The notes beneath the pieces were generated by a model. It saw only the letters and a list, made by a program, of their open reading frames with translations. It was not told where the DNA came from and searched no databases. The translations under genes were made by a program, and so were the position numbers. DNA of 64,000 nucleotides from Candidatus Latescibacterota bacterium (lineage in GTDB: Bacteria; Latescibacterota; UBA2968), in the NCBI GenBank assembly GCA_965198115.1, contig OZ240241.1, forward strand, positions 8,064,001 to 8,128,000, in the 5' to 3' direction. Positions 61,750-64,000 of the stretch are shown here, piece by piece. Every line of letters starts with the position of its first letter. The stretch's first letter is position 1.

Positions 61750-64000
61750 CCCTTTCAAGGCCGTCGGCAGTCAGGTCGACTTTCCAGCGATGGAGCGACG
61801 CATCCTGAAGTTGTGGGACAAGCAGGATACGTTTGCCCGTTCCGTGGAGACGCGCTCGGAAGAAAAGCCATTCATCTTCAACGACGGTCCTCCGTTCGCG
61901 AGCGGTCTGCCACACTATGGCCATCTTCTCGCGTCGATCATCAAGGACGTCGTGCCACGTTACTGGACAATGCGTGGTTACCGCGTCGAGCGACGGTTCG
62001 GTTGGGACTGTCACGGGCTTCCCGTTGAAAACGAGGCGGAGCTGCAACTCGATCTCAAGTCACGACGCGACATTCTGGCATTCGGCGTCGATCGTTTCAA
62101 TGAATTCTGCCGCCAGATCGTCCAGCAATACGCGTCGGAATGGAAACAGGTGATCACGCGCTGCGGCCGATGGGTCGATTGGAACAACCAGTACCGGACG
62201 ATGGACCCCGAGTTCATGGAGTCGGTCTGGTGGGTGTTCAAGCAGCTGTGGGATCAAGGTCTGATTTACGAGGGGTATTATTCGCTGGCCTACTGCCCAC
62301 GCTGTGCGACGCCGCTTTCGAACTTCGAGGTGAACCTGGGGGGCTACCAGGAGACCCAGGACCCATCGATCACCGTCAAATTCAAGGTGCGCGAGGAGCC
62401 GAACACGTCGATCCTGGCGTGGACGACGACGCCCTGGACCCTTCCCGCCAACATGGGGCTGGCCGTGGGCCCCGACATTCCCTACGCGCGCGTTCACACG
62501 ACGTCCGGCGAGCAGCTGATCCTGGCAGAGTCCCGCTACGAAGCGGTGTTCAAACAGCACCAGGACGACGTGGTGAAAGTCGAGCCGCAGCCGCTCGACG
62601 CACTGTTGAAGATGACGTATGACCCCCTGTTCGCTGATTTCGAGGTCATGCGCAATGACGGCGCGTTCCGTGTGGTGCCGGCCGACTTCGTATCGACCGA
62701 GGACGGTACGGGCATCGTTCACACGGCCCCCGGCTTCGGTGAGGACGACCATCAGCTGGGCAAGAAGGAAGGGTTGCCCGTCTTCTGTCCGATCGACGAG
62801 GACTGCGCGTTCACGGATGAGGTTCCGGACTATCAGGGCCAGTTCGTGAAGGACGTCGACAAGACCGTGGTGAGGCGGCTGCGGGATGAGGGGACCCTTT
62901 TCGACGCAGGCACGATCACTCACGCGTATCCCTTCTGCTGGCGGTGCGAGTCCCCACTGATCTACCGTGCGGTTGCGACGTGGTTCGTGTCGATCGATCC
63001 GATCAAGCAGAAGATGATCGATGCGAATGACCAGATCTGGTGGGTGCCCGAACACATCAAGGCGGGGAGGTTCGGTCGTTGGCTCGAGGACGCCCGCGAC
63101 TGGGCGATCAGCCGAAACCGCTACTGGGGCACGCCGCTGCCGATCTGGCGAAACGAGGAAACGGGCGAAGCCGTGTGTGTGGGGAGCCGCGAAGAGCTGG
63201 AGCGGCTGACGGGTCGCGAGGTCGACGACCTGCACAAACACTTTATCGACGAGCTGGAGATTCCGAGTCCGACGGGCAAGGGGACGCTCAAGCGCATCCC
63301 CGAAGTGCTCGACTGCTGGTTCGAGTCGGGGTCGATGCCCTACGGACAGATGCATTACCCGTTCGAGAACAAGGACTATTTTGAGAAAAACTTCCCCGCG
63401 GATTTCATTTCAGAAGGTCTCGATCAGACCCGGGGATGGTTCTACACGCTGACGATCCTGGCGGCAGCCCTGTTCGACAAGCCGGCATTCAGAAACTGCA
63501 TCGTGTCCGGCATGCTGCTGGCCGAGGACGGCCGCAAGATGAGTAAGCGGCTCAAGAACTATCCCGAGCCGACGGAGATGCTGGAAACGTATGGCGCCGA
63601 TGCCCTGCGGCTCTACCTGTTGAACTCGCCCGCGCTTCGGGCCGAGGAGATCCGGATGTCCGAGCAGGGCATCAAGGAAAGCCTGCGCGCGGTGATCATT
63701 CCCCTGTGGAACGCCTACAGCTTTTTCGTGACCTACGCGAACATCGACGGGTGGTCGCCCGATCGTGCGCAGACGTCGCCATCGCCCCATCGGCTGGACC
63801 GATGGATCGTCTCGGAGCTGCAGACGCTCCTGCACGACGTGAACGAAGAGATGGCCGCATATCGGCTCTACCGCACCGTGCCGGCGATGGTCTCCTTCGT
63901 GGAGAAGCTGACGAACTGGTATATCCGGCGGAGCCGACGCCGATTCTGGAAATCGGAAGACGACAGCGACAAGGCCGCCGCCTACGGGACGCTCTACGAG
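61742..64000 (+). CDS. ileS: Isoleucine--tRNA ligase (type 2-like), runs off the right edge
   Basis: Manual translation: DGPPFASGLPHYGH, GWDCHGLPVE, WTTTPWT, EGLDQTRGWFY, KMSKR. Confidence 0.95.
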   Translation, partial: MSDPFKAVGSQVDFPAMERRILKLWDKQDTFARSVETRSEEKPFIFNDGPPFASGLPHYGHLLASIIKDVVPRYWTMRGYRVERRFGWDCHGLPVENEAELQLDLKSRRDILAFGVDRFNEFCRQIVQQYASEWKQVITRCGRWVDWNNQYRTMDPEFMESVWWVFKQLWDQGLIYEGYYSLAYCPRCATPLSNFEVNLGGYQETQDPSITVKFKVREEPNTSILAWTTTPWTLPANMGLAVGPDIPYARVHTTSGEQLILAESRYEAVFKQHQDDVVKVEPQPLDALLKMTYDPLFADFEVMRNDGAFRVVPADFVSTEDGTGIVHTAPGFGEDDHQLGKKEGLPVFCPIDEDCAFTDEVPDYQGQFVKDVDKTVVRRLRDEGTLFDAGTITHAYPFCWRCESPLIYRAVATWFVSIDPIKQKMIDANDQIWWVPEHIKAGRFGRWLEDARDWAISRNRYWGTPLPIWRNEETGEAVCVGSREELERLTGREVDDLHKHFIDELEIPSPTGKGTLKRIPEVLDCWFESGSMPYGQMHYPFENKDYFEKNFPADFISEGLDQTRGWFYTLTILAAALFDKPAFRNCIVSGMLLAEDGRKMSKRLKNYPEPTEMLETYGADALRLYLLNSPALRAEEIRMSEQGIKESLRAVIIPLWNAYSFFVTYANIDGWSPDRAQTSPSPHRLDRWIVSELQTLLHDVNEEMAAYRLYRTVPAMVSFVEKLTNWYIRRSRRRFWKSEDDSDKAAAYGTLYE

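Overview
GC-rich bacterial chromosomal window. A diderm lineage such as Latescibacterota/FCB is suggested by gene content only (inference). Left part (1-23 kb): housekeeping and envelope genes (coaE, hflKC, recG, sbcDC, alr, aquaporin, orphan groES), ending with a ZIP-family transporter that carries an inserted cNMP-binding domain. Middle (23.3-37.6 kb): an accessory island with five IS elements (ISAzo13, IS630, three IS256). It contains a minus-strand integron-type cassette array with three attC sites, four cassettes and an attI-like head site, but no integrase. The place where intI would normally lie holds an IS-interrupted DUF1016(YhcG)-N-terminal/thermonuclease fusion gene. Right part (38-64 kb): transport and sugar-acid catabolic genes, an ISL3 insertion, a dispersed family of nested REP-like repeats (two copies in frame inside genes), a candidate structured RNA, and the yggS-yggT-divIVA-mtnP-nudix-ileS cluster. 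About ten accessory genes carry frameshifts or deletions while long core genes are intact. All calls come from reading motifs by eye; no database search was run.
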